Assembly (NCBI GenBank): GCA_963843845.1 | Contig: CAWJMB010000002.1 | Span: forward strand, 2,208,001 to 2,272,000 | DNA length: 64,000 nt | Reading direction: 5' to 3' | Source of the DNA: an uncultured Gemmatimonadaceae bacterium | GTDB lineage: Bacteria; Gemmatimonadota; Gemmatimonadetes; Gemmatimonadales; Gemmatimonadaceae | Part shown: piece after piece, positions 62,715 to 64,000 of the stretch | How positions within the stretch are numbered: position 1 is the stretch's first letter | How the letters are laid out: each line of letters begins with the position of its first letter | Notes under the pieces: generated by a model | What the model was told of the DNA's origin: nothing | Database searches by the model: none | The model's input: the letters and a program-made list of their open reading frames with translations, nothing else | Position numbers and translations under genes: made by a program

Positions 62715-63112
62715 GTCTCGTCGGGCACCGCGAGGCGCGACAGCCGCCGCATGGCGTTCCGCGCGAGGGCGGGGAGCGCCGCGGGGTCGTCGCCTGCCGC
62801 CTCGAACGCGTACGTGACGAGCGCGTCTGCCGTCAGGAGGTCGAGCGCGAGGGCCCGGTCGCTCGCGCCGTCGCGAAGCACGCGCATGAGCGTCTGCTCC
62901 GCCGCGTCGAGGCAGGCGAGCGCCGCCCGGGCAGGCAGCGCCCGCACGACGTCCGCGTCAGGTGCAACGCTCTCGGTCGTCCACCCCCGACCAGGGGGCC
63001 CCCCGTCGTCGCCTCGATCCGACGCGTCGAGCGCGTCGGCGAGACGCACCGCGAGCGCCGCCGGAGGCGCCGGCGCACGCGCCGCGACCCACCCGCGAAC
63101 GCTCGGCGTCAC
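62711..63112 (-). CDS. Hypothetical protein
   Basis: Overlaps both neighbours by 4 bp; ALDLLTADALVTYAFE segment. Confidence 0.6.
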   Translation of the reverse strand: MTPSVRGWVAARAPAPPAALAVRLADALDASDRGDDGGPPGRGWTTESVAPDADVVRALPARAALACLDAAEQTLMRVLRDGASDRALALDLLTADALVTYAFEAAGDDPAALPALARNAMRRLSRLAVPDET

Positions 63113-64000
63113 ACCGCCTCGACGAGCGGCCGGACGAGCGCCGGTGCGGCCCGCAGCGCGTCGGCGAGTCGCGCCCCATCGGGGATCCCCGCCTGCGCCA
63201 TGTGCGGCTTGCCGCCGCCGCGGCCGCCGGCCGTGGCCGCGACGAGCCGGACGGCCTCGTCGGCGCGCACGCCGCGTGCGCGGAGCGCGTCACCGACGAC
63301 GACGAGCATGGTCGCCTTGCCGTCGTCGAGCCGGGCGCCCAAGCACCGCGATCCCGTCGGGGAGCAGCTCGCGCACCGCATCGCCTACCGCTTGCAGTGC
63401 GCGCGCGTCGGCGGCCTGCACCTCCGATACGACGATCCGCGCGGCGCCGACCGACTGCGCGCCGGCGAGGAGCGACTGCACCGCCGCGGCACCACCGCCC
63501 GTCGTCGCGTCGTTCAGTCGCCGCTCGAGCTGGCGCCGTTCGTCGACCAGCGCGGCGACTCGGCGCACCGCCTGATCGACGGGCGCCTTCACCAGCTCCG
63601 CGACCTCGGCGAGCGTGCGCTCGCGCGCGCGCATCAACTCGAACGCCTTCGGCCCTGTCACGGCGGTGACGCGGCGAACGCCGGCCGCGACGCCGGTCTC
63701 CGCGACGATGCGGAAGAGCGCGATCTCCGCCGTGTTGCGCACGTGCGTGCCGCCGCACAACTCGGTCGACAGCCCCGGGATGTCGACGACGCGCACGACG
63801 CTCCCGTACTTCTCTCCGAACAGCGCCATCGCGCCGCTGGCGACCGCGTCGGTGTAGGCGCGCTCGGTCACGGTGAGCGGCACGCTCGCCCAGATGCCGC
63901 GGTTGACCTCCGCTTCGATCGCCTCGAGCTGCTCGGGGCGCGTCGGGCCGTGGTGCGTGAAGTCGAAGCGCAACCGGTCCGGCTCGACGACCGACCCCGC
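63109..64000 (-). CDS. alaS: Alanyl-tRNA synthetase, 3' part (runs off window; frameshift ~63340)
   Basis: RFDFTH, GAMALFGEKYG, ELCGGTHV, GVAAGVRR, GGRGGGKPHMAQAG. Confidence 0.96.

Noticed and set aside
1..64000. CRISPR array or defence system
   Set aside because: No regularly spaced repeats and no cas, RM, TA or RT-like ORFs recognised; intergenic gaps are short

Overview
High-GC bacterial chromosomal segment; gene content and order suggest Gemmatimonadota (inference, not a database result). There are three blocks. (1) 1-20.6 kb is mostly minus-strand housekeeping: mlaE-mlaF-mlaD, ansA-type asparaginase, CMD protein, obgE, dprA, hemW-hrcA-dnaJ-prmA-rsmE-HIT-yqeY, mutS2, dnaG, recJ, rsmD; then a divergent heptose kinase and tRNA-Ile2(CAU) and tRNA-Val(CAC). 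(2) 20.9-54.3 kb is a ~33 kb composite surface-polysaccharide locus with most functions duplicated (2 SLBB/Wza exporters, 2 Wzi, 2 Wzx, 2 Wzy/ligase-like, 2 co-polymerases, 2 initiating transferases, 5 GT4s, CapD, epimerase, AsnB, methyltransferase). It also carries two unexplained genes: a six-repeat lipoprotein and a membrane-anchored transglutaminase-like Cys-His-Asp protein. (3) 54.3-64 kb is housekeeping: hflX, LEA-2 lipoprotein, rarA, cca, class-1 asparaginase, SDR, gmhA, PHP phosphatase, partial alaS. Notable sequence-level signals are a recurrent YGTTAGG(C) motif that forces rare TTA codons in core genes, many -10-only leaderless promoter configurations, and several genes lacking a canonical start codon. 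Frameshifts in several genes, including essential alaS, probably reflect sequencing/assembly indels. No CRISPR array, integrase or transposase was seen.
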